This document shows, piece after piece, positions 1 through 11,221 of a DNA stretch of 36,169 nucleotides. The notes under the pieces are model-generated. The model saw only the letters and a program-made list of their open reading frames with translations, made no database searches and had not been told where the DNA came from. Source of the stretch: Basidiobolus meristosporus CBS 931.73 (taxonomy: Eukaryota; Fungi; Basidiobolomycota); the NCBI GenBank assembly GCA_002104905.1, contig MCFE01000788.1:1-36169 (forward strand). Reading direction: 5' to 3'. A program made the position numbers and the translations under genes. Position 1 is the stretch's first letter; every line of letters begins with the position of its first letter.

Positions 1-357
1 GTAGAGAATCATCCTGAATTCAGTAGAGGGGAGAAATGTATGGCAGACTTAGCCTATATAGGAGAGGATTGTCAGAGATTAGGATGTATTACAGCTTAGA
101 GGAAGCCAAGGAATGGTGTGCTTAGCAGGAAGCAGAAGCTCTACAATGAGATATTTAATCATTTCAGAGTGAGGGTAGAGCACACATGTGGATATCTGAA
201 GAGATTCTGCATATTGGCAGGTAAATACAGAGGAAAGTCATATATAGGAGAAAACAGCAGAACAGGTAAGATAGTTAAGATACTTATTAATGCACAGTAT
301 GTTCATACAAGAAGACATCCACTGAGAGAAATGTGTCTGGAGCACTATGAAGAGTAA
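1..357 (+). mobile_element. Degenerate PIF/Harbinger (IS5-like, DDE_Tnp_4-type) transposase, C-terminal fragment running off the window edge
   Basis: Frame 1 from base 1 reads ...KCMADLAYIG...ITA*RKPRNGVLSRKQKLYNEIFNHFRVRVEHTCGYLKRFCIL. This matches the ADxGY and N..(S)..R..VE..(G).LK.F..L motifs of this family. There is an in-frame TAG at 97-99 and no CpG. Confidence 0.75.
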
Positions 358-454
358 ATAAAGCAAGGAAAGCACTATTCTGAGCAACATAAGTAAGATT
401 GAGTAAAATTACCAGTAACTGTATCATACCACTGGCATCATGGTAGAAATTACT

Positions 455-522
455 GTGCCAGATGGTGCCGTAGAGTGCCAGATCAATCTGGCACCATAAA
501 CAGGCTGGCACTATGTGGCACT
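455..522. repeat. Quasi-palindromic array of GTGCCA motifs with a perfect 9-bp hairpin core
   Basis: GTGCCAGAT at 455-463 and 475-483, GTGCCG at about 466. The inverted copy ATCTGGCAC is at 486-494, with further TGGCAC at about 507-512 and 517-522. Confidence 0.6.
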
Positions 523-546
523 ATCCAATGGAACATGTCTAATAAT

Positions 547-770
547 CACATAGAATAGGCTTAGGAAGGTCCCAAGAGCATGTGTGCAGAGTCTGGGGCT
601 GTTTGGACAACCTATCTAATTATCACGTTCTGGGTACCTGGTATTTTGGTAAAAATATTCCAAGTAGATCCTGACAAGGAATTTGGTCAGTATTCTCTAG
701 GATTTGAAGGTCATGATCTCAGTGACTAAGTTAGGTGCATATTTGGGTGGAATTACAAATTTATACAGCA
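547..770 (-). repeat. Partial copia-type LTR (copy A, truncated)
   Basis: Aligns by eye to 32785-33008 (cacatagaatagg...ggaaggt.ccaagagcatgtgtgca...gctgtttggaca...caaggaatttggtcagtattctct...cagca). Confidence 0.8.
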
Positions 771-1209
771 GTAGCAAATTCTGAAATATTTTAATCTTAT
801 CCAATATGTAACCTTCAAGTCTCTGATAAATACAATGAGCTGGCAAACTGTGAATGGTTAGGAAGAGTAGAAATAAAATTACAGATATGAACATGAAGAC
901 ACCTACACCTTTTACACCAAAATGCCAAGCAAATCCAAAGTGTGGTCTCACAAAGATTAACCAAAGGTGAGCACAACACCCTTATTACATCAGCTGAATA
1001 CCAAGTTTCAATATATTAATCACCCTGACTACCTCAGCACCAGGTTTCTAGCAGATAAGAAGAAGTGTTTTCTTGAAGAAGACTGGTCCAATTAGCATCT
1101 ACATCAATATGGTTAGCAGCTCCTCACCACTTCTGCGAAATTGGACTAAAAATCTGAAGGAAAGCCACCAGTAGAATATTAGCAAGTTACAGTTGGAGTA
1201 CTAGCATTC

Positions 1210-1559
1210 TGTTATTGCTAATATAGCAATTGCACCAAAATATTCACCTAGGTAAATCACTTAGAGCATTGCCTACAAATCTTGCATAATCCTGACCAAA
1301 TTCCTAGTTAGGATTTATCTTGAATATTTTCACTAAAATCTGAAGTACACTGGACATAAGATTTCTGAATATTGTCCAAAAAGCCCCTGCCTTGGCTCAC
1401 ATGCTGTTGGGATCTTCCTAAACATACTCTATTTCTTTGTCATGTAAGGCCCCATAAAAGTATATGTACCACTATTACATTTAATATATCATCAAGTGAA
1501 AACCACATAATCTACTTGCTTCCACAATCACAGCCTGTATTACCAAAACTCTGTCAACA
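1210..1559 (+). repeat. Solo copia-type LTR (copy B, ~350 bp), inverted relative to copies A, C and D
   Basis: It is the reverse-complement homolog of 32662-33008, with TG(TTA)...(TC)AACA termini. No clear target-site duplication. Confidence 0.7.
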
Positions 1560-2335
1560 ACTACCTGACAAATTCCAAGTATGAAAACTCTGATAGGGAC
1601 TGAGTCCTTATGAAATAGCATTGTATACAGATAATTGGGTCTTAACAATATCAGATATAAAGTACTTCATTGATGGGAATTCAGAAAATTCCTTCCATAC
1701 CACCAAGGTGTACCTAGATAGTTTCCTGTCCAATTGCATTATGTGTACTCTTAACACCCTGAAAAGTCTTCCAATTTCCTAAAGAGAAAATTCAGCAAAG
1801 AACAGTAGAACACTATGATTCAATTAGTTGAGCTGAAACTTTCTCTGAACCCACAACTATCAATATTGCTAGTACTAGCTATAAATAGGACAAGCTGATT
1901 TGCCTCCAGGTGGAGAGTAGGCCAATTAGAATTAATACCCAGCTTGGTAAGCAGCCACTTTGTTGAAGTAAAGAGTTATTGTCATCAATGCATTTTTCTA
2001 GCAACTTATCATGACTACTAGGTGTATTCTAAAGCCCTTGAGGCATTCTCTGCTTTTTTGAGCATTGAATTGGCAGTTTGTATTTGATATTTAGGCAGAA
2101 GCAGTGAATGGTACCAGGAGCTTTTTTCTGGTACTTTAGAGCTTCTTCTTTTACACCTCTGTGAGGGCATACTTCTCTCTAGATAATATCCTATATACAT
2201 CTGCTCTGTAGCATCATCTTCATTGTTACCATCCTGACTTGGGAATTAGATCTGTCCAGCTTTGTGGCAGAGGAACAAGTTCCAGTAATAGCAGTAGTAG
2301 CAGTTACAGAGAGTGACAGCATGGAGCTCATAACC

Positions 2336-2684
2336 AGTTGCAAGGGGCTGGTAAATATTAGAAGTGATTAGTTGAACAAGTTAATTATGTGGTTTTCACA
2401 CAATTGTTTATTGACCCAGAAGTGGTGCTTACACTTTATATAGTTTTGGCCAAACAAACATATGGATTATGCTGAGGAAGGTCCCAGGAGCATACATGTA
2501 AGGTTTTGGGCTGTTTGGACAGCTCTGAGATATTTCATGTTCTGAGTACCTGATATTTTAGTGAAAATTTTCAATGTAAATCTCAACAAAGGATTTGGCC
2601 AGAATTCTCAAAGGCTTGTAGACTATGATCTAAGTGACAAAGTTAAATGAATATTTAGGTGTAATCACAGACTTTACAACAGCA
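2336..2684 (-). repeat. Solo copia-type LTR (copy C, ~349 bp)
   Basis: Collinear with 32662-33008 across its length (ggaaggtccca.gagca...gctgtttggaca...ttctg.gtacctgatatttt.gtgaaaa...acagca). No clear target-site duplication. Confidence 0.75.
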
Positions 2685-4073
2685 ATCAAATCACTTGCAG
2701 TCTCTCCAAGACTCCTGCAACATATTCAACTTAAGTTGCAGGGTAGCTCTTTACAGGAGTTTGGAAAGCTGATTGATGTGGTGTGGTGGGGCAAAGGTTT
2801 TGTGTTTAAGAGCATTTGCAATGTGGGCTGTGTTTGATGCCCATGAGGAGCCAGACTGACTAGGTGTATGGGAGAAACACATAGAGCAACTGAAGATGTA
2901 CCAAAAATATAAGGGGCATGCATGTGGTTAGGATTATGTCTGGCAAAACTATAATCACAAAAGGGGGAAGAATGCAGAGCAATCACGTATCCCGGCACCA
3001 ACAAGTAGAAATTTTGCAGCCTTTGGCATTTTCATTGGCTTCAGACATGAAAGAAACAAAGGTAGCATTTATAAGGTATGCCATCCTTTGCATTAGCAGT
3101 ATCAAACGTGCATCACCAAAGTACCACCTGGCAATCATTGTGGAATGCGCGCCTTTACCATTTGAGTGGATTAGTGGAGGTGGTAGGTGAGGAAGCCATC
3201 CCACCAGAAAATCCCAATGGAACAACCACGACCCAAAAAGCCCCCCAAAAAGTAGTAGTTCACGGCTATAGCCGGAGTAAGGGATGTGAATGGGAGCAAA
3301 ATGACCAGGGCAGTATTACCGGTGACCGTGTTCCTCGAAACCGACCGAAATCCATCTGGCGGGTGCTCAAGTGACAATGATTAGGCTCCAAGAGATATCT
3401 AACCTTGATGAAAATCCGAGACCTTCACAGTAGGTCGATCGGGATTGAGGAAATATGCAGCAATTCTCACTATGTATCCACCCCAAATGCCATTCAGATC
3501 TATCGCACTCTGGCCATGTGTTGCTCAGTATACAGAAGTTACTACATATGTCGATTAGTGATCCAATCTAGGTTAATCCAGACAAACCATCCAATCACCC
3601 TGGAAGCACGCCGATGAGTGTGGAATGCGCCAATCCCCACAACACCCAGCGCTAGTCTGGCTTCAACTCAACTCGACGTGCAAAATCCCTTCCGGAGCAA
3701 GCATGTGGGTAAATCACACTGGCCATTACAACCACCGTTCATTGGAAGGCGGCAGATTGTTAGCCCAGTAGGTTGGTCGGATACATGAGGGTAGATTTGT
3801 CCCACTCGGGCGAATCAGGATTCATCGACCAGAGTTGGTGTTGGATTTGTTCGGTTAGGCTAAATTTACCAAGGGCAGCGCTTGTTGGACGCAAAATGCC
3901 TGGTGGATCCCACAACAACTACCAGTCACCCATTGCTAAATATATCAATACGAAACCATCATGTGCATCGGTTAGCAACGATGCAGCGCCCAAAAGGAGC
4001 TTAAATTAGTGCAGAACACGATGCGTGTACAAGCGCATCCAATCAAGGACCAGTTTTGCACCTCAGTTAGAAA

Positions 4074-4080
4074 TATAAAT
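4074..4080 (+). promoter_or_regulatory. TATA box candidate (TATAAAT) upstream of the Cys-rich secreted protein
   Basis: TATAAAT lies 40 nt upstream of the ATG at 4121. Confidence 0.45.
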
Positions 4081-4120
4081 TGGCACCATCACCGCCAGGC
4101 CCCCATATCCCCCCAGTTTG

Positions 4121-4500
4121 ATGATCGCCAAACCAGCTGTTGCACTGATCTGCCTGCTTGCCATCAGTGGGTTGGGTGAGGCAGTTGCCTGTACCTCAAA
4201 GCCCCGTTGCGCAAGGAAATGCCCACCCAACACACAATGCTCGTTTTCGGGGACCAAACCTGACGGGTGTCCTCAATCAGTGTGTCTTAGGAAACTTGAC
4301 CAATCCGGTTAGTGAGAACCTAGACCGCGGCACTGGACTGCCCTACTGACCGGTCACTTTACAATATAGATAGCGGTACCCGGACCTGTGTCCACTGCTT
4401 TGTTGGGCCCATCTGCCCACTATGTGCCAGGAACGAGATATGCGTCCACGACTATCGCGATTGTTCTCGATGCCCCACCGCTAGATGTGTAAGAGGGTAA
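4121..4500 (+). CDS. Small secreted protein (105 aa) with two tandem Opy2-like Cys-rich modules; exons 4121-4307 and 4370-4500
   Basis: Translation: MIAKPAVALICLLAISGLGEAVACTSKPRCARKCPPNTQCSFSGTKPDGCPQSVCLRKLDQSDSGTRTCVHCFVGPICPLCARNEICVHDYRDCSRCPTARCVRG*. It has a hydrophobic signal peptide. The 62-nt intron has a GTTAGT donor, a CTGAC branch site and a TAG acceptor, and joins the exons in frame. The modules carry 6 and 8 Cys. Confidence 0.75.
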
Positions 4501-5598
4501 TCCGGCGGTTTCAAGTCCCGCCAGGCAATGGCTGGGGTCGAGGGTTTCCCTTTATATTGGTTGGCATGAATAAAACCGGGCTGGTCAATCCCCCAGCTTT
4601 CCATAATTACATCAGTATCGGATGAGCACATGAGATATAACCACCCAGAACACGATCCCAGCCCGCCACTCGGCACACCGAGCAGTCAGGTTACCGAGTT
4701 TCCTGGCGCTTCTGCTGGAACATGACTTGCGACCTTGAGCTGTGCCAATAGAGATTGGACCATTGCAAGCGGACCGCCGGCAAACGGTAGTCAGGCATCC
4801 AGATCCGGCCTCACAAACCCGCAGGCGGCAATGACTGGCATGTGTCATGCTGAATCGGGATGGCAGACAGGATGGTTCTGCGACCATGAAAGGAAGCCAA
4901 TATGGGCCTATTGATGCATGATTGGGAACGCTCGCCACTCCAATCAGTCTAATCCGACTGATAACTGACTTGATTGAGCGAAGTTAATTAAAGTTACCAG
5001 GTGGATTGCAGCTTAATGCCTTACGCCAGATCCTATCCTCGTCGGCAGAAATGGTGCCCTCTAATGGATTTCATTGGGCAAGTCACTAGGTCACCCATAT
5101 TTAGCGAATTCCGGTTGGCAGTCGGTGGGTGTTGGTGGTTTATGATGCTCGATATCTGGGCTTCGTTGGCTGGTCTTCTGACGAACTTGACCGCCACTGC
5201 CATCATCATGGCATCGTCCAACCACCACGCAGATCACATCCATTCTGTGTGTGGGATGTTGGATGTTGCCACTAAGGAGGCTTGGCAGGAAATCCGCGAA
5301 ATCAACCATCCCGCCTGACCATTGATTGTCATACTCCCAAAATATCCAATCCTACACGCGATCCGGTTGGTTGAGCCAATGATGGCTCAGCACTCACCCG
5401 GTTGCTTCTAAATTAATTGAGTTTAATTTGATGAGACAATGTTTGCGTTCATTTGTTGAAAGAATAGGAGGCGGGCATCTTTCAACTCCCTAAAGATGGC
5501 TGATATACATACTACATCAACTACGGCTGACACGACCTTCCTTGACCAACCTACCACCAGCTAGTGTAGTGAACGGAACTCCGCCTCCGCTCGAACTC

Positions 5599-6558
5599 AT
5601 GGACGCCTCCCCTTCCTCTCCCAAGGAAACCCATAACTTGGATCAACTCAAGGAGTTGGTACTCAAGCGGATCTCCACCTTCGCCTACCTGCAGCGCGTT
5701 CAGAATGGCCAGGCCCATTACTTCAACACCATATTGTTGACCGCCGAAGATCTCGCCCACTTCTTTGATAACACCCGGCTAAGACGAAGGTAGGCTCAAG
5801 GTTGCTGGCTAATACGACACCGAGTTCTAATAGCCGGCCTTCACTGTAAAGATCCTACAACCTATTTATCCTGGGAACCAGTCTTGGGCCCATCCTAGAT
5901 ATCACCAATACTTCCGATTACATCAAGGCATTAAACAGCATGACTGTGGAGTATGAGCACTACGTCAACGAGGGCGGCAAGTCACGAAAGGTGAGTGGGT
6001 AAAGCGGCCAAGCATCATGTGGAACCCGGCTTCTCACCCGTTTCCAGAGGAACTTCTTCCGCAAATCCAAACCGGGTGAAGGATTCTCAGCCAACCTTCA
6101 AGATGGTGAATACAGATACCTGGATATCCCCACGACGGTACACGAATCCATCCCATGAAGCACCAACCCCAAACTAACCCATACTCAATACCCACTCCAA
6201 GCCCTTCGAACTAGACTACCTCGAGGTGCTGAACACGCTCTGCGACATCTTCGTCGTGACATACAACAAACTGATGGAGAATATCCAGGATATTGGCAGG
6301 GACTCCTTGAGCGAGCTGGTCATGAAGATTGATGCCAAATTCAAGGTAACTCTTTCGGATCGCTCGCCACTCCCACGATACGGCACTCACACCCACTGAC
6401 ATCCGCAGAAAATCGCCGCAATGATGTGCAAAGACTTGGATGTGCTAATACACAACGCTATCAAGGACGAACTGTTCATGATCGACCCACTGCGTATGTC
6501 CAAGCACGGTCCGGATGCGGCGGAAGAATGGGACACGCTGAACGCGCTTCATATTTAG
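5599..6558 (+). CDS. Conserved fungal hypothetical protein (237 aa); exons 5599-5789, 5852-5990, 6048-6137, 6202-6345, 6409-6558
   Basis: Four canonical GT-AG introns (57-64 nt) give one open frame: MDASPS...KRISTFAYLQ...HYFNTILL...LGTSLGPILDI...PFELDYLEVLNTLCDIF...HI*. The KRIST..YL and PF..D....TLCD motifs resemble an uncharacterised fungal family (from memory, not searched). Confidence 0.8.
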
Positions 6559-6812
6559 CTTGATAGATACGTACGGGCGGTGGCGAGTGGGTAGTAAATA
6601 ATAAAGAACTTCCAACTACAAGGTACCCAATGGAAACTTTATTGGCACATTCCAACTGAAGGGTCGAGGTGAGAGACGTGAAGAGTCACATCGAATGGTT
6701 CGAAAATGATCAGTGCGTGATAACGATGGGGCATTCATATCGATGTGCCGTATGAATGGGGAGGGCGCGAATGAGCATTTTCGGATCAACAGGTCACCAG
6801 GAATCCCTTGCT

Positions 6813-7399
6813 CTATAAGACGGACAAGTTTCCGAACTTCTCGTTGTATCCAGGTACGGTCCAGTTGCCCTTCTTGATCATATCTTCGACGACGGCTGGG
6901 ATGTCGGGTTTGGCCTGGATGACATCGTCCACAGTAAGGTCCTCGATAGGTCTAGCAGTCTCGATGTTGGTAAGGGTTTGCTTCAAGTCGGCCACCTCGG
7001 CGTCAAGCTGGGCAGCGGTGCTCTTGGCCTTCTCGACCTACAAGGTGGGGATACAGGGGTTACAATCGGTTCGTAGTAGCAACGCGGTTCAGAAAAATTA
7101 CATACGGCCTTGATTTCGAAGGCATCGATAACCTTGAGCTGGGAAGCCAAGTTGTACTTAACGGGAGAGAAAGAAGTGAAGGCTTTTTCAGCTTGCTCAA
7201 CAACCTTCTTATTCTTGAGAACAGAGCGGTAGTGAGCGAAATCGATGTCGGTCTTCTGCTCCTTCAATGCGTCAACATTACGCTTGAGTTCATCATAGCG
7301 CTTACGGAAGGAAGTAAGGGCAGCCTGGGTATCCTTCTTTAGGCCCAAGCTAGAGAGCTTGCTCCAGTCAATGTGAGTAACAGCGGCACGGGCGGACAT
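6813..7399 (-). CDS. ATP7: Mitochondrial ATP synthase subunit d (172 aa); exons 7399-7106 and 7037-6813
   Basis: MSARAAVTHIDWSKL...FRKRYDE...IDFAHYRSVLKNKKVV...IETARPIEDLTVDDV...KGNWTVPGYNEKFGNL. One 68-nt GT-AG intron. Confidence 0.95.
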
Positions 7400-8798
7400 G
7401 ATGTTTAAAGCTGACGGAATAAGCAAGAGTCGTGGCGAGGTTACTTACTACGGTCGACAGAAATATGGGGTAACCCAGATCAATTTTACATGGGCGGTGT
7501 ATCCTGGAAAAGTAACTGCCCGTGGACCCCAATTCTGTTGATTTCCTCAGCTGCCAGATAGTCAATGTTTGGGGCAGTTTCCGTCCTCTCAGTGCTGGAT
7601 GTAAAGATAGGAATTGATTGCCTTTCAATTAGCCCTATCCAATGAAATCCTGGATGGCTGTTCAATTTCTGCTCTGCGGATTTTGATTAGCAAAGTACAG
7701 TATGTGGATGGATTTGCCCTGGGCAAGCGGGTGGACTAGCGCTAATACACGAACCCAACCCACAAATAAACGTTGCTGATGGTTTCATCTCAATCGCCGT
7801 TCAAGGCACCATAGCGGTCGAGTATAGGCTTGTGCATCATGGATATCAGTGCAACGCAGGCGACCGGGTAAGCCTGTCCCTCAGTAGATTCGTTGTTGCG
7901 ACCAGCAAGGGGCATGAAAGATGGCATTCATTCCTCCATTGGCAACGATGAATTGTTCTGGAAGCAATCATGGGATCCACGAGACAAATTCAAATGGCTT
8001 CCTCCCATCCTGCAGGAAGACAGGAGTAGGCAGTTGACCACAGGATTTTGGGAGCCGTTTGCTCAGACCAATTAGCCCGGACAACGAAAAAGGGAATCTG
8101 GTGTCACTTTACTCATCAGATGGTAGTCACATGATACGCCCCATCAACATCTGCATCGATCGCAATCTCACTCGGGCCTTCAATGCTAACTAAACTCGTA
8201 TTATTGAATATACGAATCATGCATCTCACAAGGGAGTTGCTAGCAAAAGGGGTGCGTTAACACCCATCAAAGACATCCATGCGGCCAGACTATAGGCCTG
8301 GGTCCAAGCGGCAACCGTCTAGTGCAGGTTCATGGAATTATCAGAGATGGTTAGATCAGAAGACCATTGGTTTCATTTCTTGACCACAGCCCACGAATCG
8401 AGTGCCGCCGCAAGATGTGTCAGTTCATGATACAAGTCCGTTTGAGACTCTACCAAGTGCTAAACCTACCACCGTGCCATCTACGTCATGTTGGGCTGGA
8501 CATCTGCCAAACCATGGTTGTTCAGCCGTGATCCCTGCACAAGTCGCTGCTCTTTGTCAACAATGTCTCTCGGCTGTCCTGGATTTTAACGTATATAGAC
8601 TAGGTTCATGGCAGGAACGTTGCACACTATTAGAGGTATCGACGAGCTATGATGAGGTTGTGCATGGCCATTGACGCTGTAATTCACTGAAACCACCGAT
8701 TGACAATCGAGTTTCCATCGCATGCATCGCTCATGTTAGATCGATGGCGGAATCACTAACCATCTTGTAAAACTTGGCAACCCCATCATCGACTTGTT

Positions 8799-9670
8799 TT
8801 AATAGTTCAATCTTGGTGGATGATCACGGTTCCACTTGTTATTCACATGGTTAGAGCATAATATCGAGACGACGATTAGGAAGAGACATGGTAACAGAGT
8901 GGAGAATGCGCAAATACAAGTAATCTGTAACAGATATGCGTTGAATCGATAGTACTTCCCCAAGCAGCCTGGTAGAAGGCTTCTGGTAAAGCAGTTCTTG
9001 GATAAAGATGGATGATCAAGCGGTCCTTGGAACCCACAGCAATGCAACTACATAATTTAAGATATTCGGGTCAGTATGTGCAATCAGCGCTGGGCAAGCC
9101 CATCAACCTACGTTGTTTTGTATGATATATCGTTCTTGGAACCCGAAGCGCCGCCACTGGCTCCCCAGTTTAGCACGGAGATTCCATAGTGACCGCTTAT
9201 ATGCTATATATCCGATAGCAGCGACAAGTCCCATCAGTAGCCACTGAGCCATCGCCCATACGCTCAGCACCCTCCGGTTGTTCGTGAATATCCCATAAAA
9301 GCCTAAGGCGGCATTTAGGATCATACCTGCCCCAGCCACACTGGTGATAACCAGGATACCTTTATTACTCGTGACAACGACTTCCGCACGGAGATAGCCA
9401 TTCGCCCAGGTGACGATGGAGAAGAGGAGCCCTGCTAGGCCAATGAAACACTGCTACACGAGCGTAATTGGTAAGGAAATAAGCGCAATTTATTCCGCGA
9501 ATTACAGAAGTTACCAGTGAGTTAGCGATGAAGAGCAACCACTTGAAGCGATTCCAGGACTGTATTGGTCGATAGGTCACCTTGTTTAAATAACGTGTGT
9601 TTGCCCGATTGGGAAGCTGCTGAACCCTATGAGTGCTGAGGCCTCCTGACTCTCTAATTTGGACCACCAT
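8799..9670 (-). CDS. Fungal tetraspanin, Tsp2-like (~248 aa); exons 9670-9515, 9453-9112 (or 9450-9112), 9047-8799
   Basis: It has four hydrophobic segments and a large loop with CCG: LRAKLGSQW...IQNNLHCCGF...CFTRSLLPGC, then LCSNHV after TM4. Introns are 61 and 64 nt. Confidence 0.8.
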
Positions 9671-11221
9671 CCTCTAATTTTGAAAGAATTAAAGTCAAAG
9701 ACGGTACTGAGGTTCTGGCTGTTTGCTGGGATTTCGCAAGTGTGGTTTGAGGATTGCAATTAGCTGGAGGGATTGCGAATTGCTAAGCAAACATACGTGT
9801 AATGCCTGGTAGCCCAGATACGAGGGCATATTATTTAATAGCCGTGGGACGCTACCCCAGATGCACCCCAAAGCCACCTCGAGTTCACGCAGTGTGTACC
9901 TCTTGAATTGAAAATGCTCATCACCACATCCTCGATGGGAACCTGACACAGGCAAGCATGTCACCTTTATTCATTGCACCATTCACGTTGCAGTTCAGGA
10001 TTGCTGATGCAGTCATAGGGCCTTTGCATGGGTGTTACCAATCACGGAAGGCACATCCATCCGGCACTTTTGCTCATTTGGCGAAAGACCAACTGTCCGA
10101 ATTCTAGTAATGCACAACGATAGTTTCATCATATTCCTTGCTATCAGATAAACTGGACCCTACCACTACAGCATGTGTCACAAAACCCACTCACATTAAA
10201 GCCGATACTTGGATTGTTGCGATTTGACGTGGAACGGGAAGAGTATATCGGGCGGATTTCGAATACCCAGGTAAGACCTGCAGAAATATAAGCGTGGAAA
10301 TCTGGATACTGTCGCTGAGATCGATTGATGTACTCTTCTCTGTGGAAACGATATAGGGGAATCGGCAAGACAATATAAGGAGATCACCATAGAATTAAGG
10401 TGCTAATAAGAATTAGGGAAGCTCATGATGATGATGTCAACAACCAGTGCGTAATACAACATTTCTATTCTTAGCTAGTAGAAATCGCCTCTTAAGGGCT
10501 TACTGCCAGTGAAATTGCTGGAACCGACGACAATGTCTCATAGAAGCCCAAGAATACCACCTACTTTACCCTTTGTAATGGTAATATGGATGGAGTTACA
10601 TGTAGTGGTCAAAGATAAAACCTCGCTGACGATCCCAATATTCATTAAATCAGCACTACCGCATCACTACATCATATGGCTTGATTTAGTCAAGCTCCTA
10701 ATGGTTGTGAAACAGGACTCGAGGCTCCATATCCATACTTTGGATCTGTAGTAACGTCAGTAATGCAATATGACCTAATTGTCGTGGTGCTTGTAGGATC
10801 ACCCAATGATAAGGCTTACCAGTGGCTTTAACATGTATGGCCAGTGCACTACTTGACTGGATTTCTTCGAATTAAAGCTCCGCATACGGCAGAATGCCAA
10901 TTGACGAGTTTCAAACCCCATTGCACTTCGGTGACAAAAGATCCAAGTAACTGAGCAAGGTTCTGCGGGTCAGGCCCTGGCTCTAGGTGCTCAACGAGTT
11001 AAGCTCGATACCAGAGAAGCAACACCTCGGTCTGAACAGATCAGGTACAGGCTGCTAGCTATTTCTTTCTTGTGGCAATGATGAGCTGAGGATGGATCTT
11101 AGCAAGAAGACGTCCAAAAAGGCAAGTGTCTCATCAGTTTTTCTAATTGAGATCCGACAATCGACTCCGATTTGAACAGACTTTCGTCAAGACGCCCAGC
11201 CCGCTAATAACAAATAATGTT

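Larger units (their letters stand above)
1..2980. other. CpG-depleted repeat block (left flank)
   Basis: A by-eye scan finds only about 3 CG dinucleotides in ~2.98 kb. CG becomes common from about 2985 onward. Confidence 0.85.

Noticed and set aside
1204-2690. Target-site duplications around the solo LTRs, or LTRs B and C as ends of one element
   Set aside because: The 5-bp flanks do not match, and the two LTRs are inverted rather than direct.
7893-8192. Reading frame with a single internal TAG, considered as readthrough or a pseudogene
   Set aside because: It is short, has no homology cue and no clear start, and is compatible with chance.
10143-10151. Third ATCAGATAA match
   Set aside because: It is isolated and not next to an iron-related gene, and roughly one chance match is plausible in a window of this size.
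10490-10960. Plus-strand frame with scattered stops that looks vaguely protein-like
   Set aside because: Several stops, no motif and no splice model.
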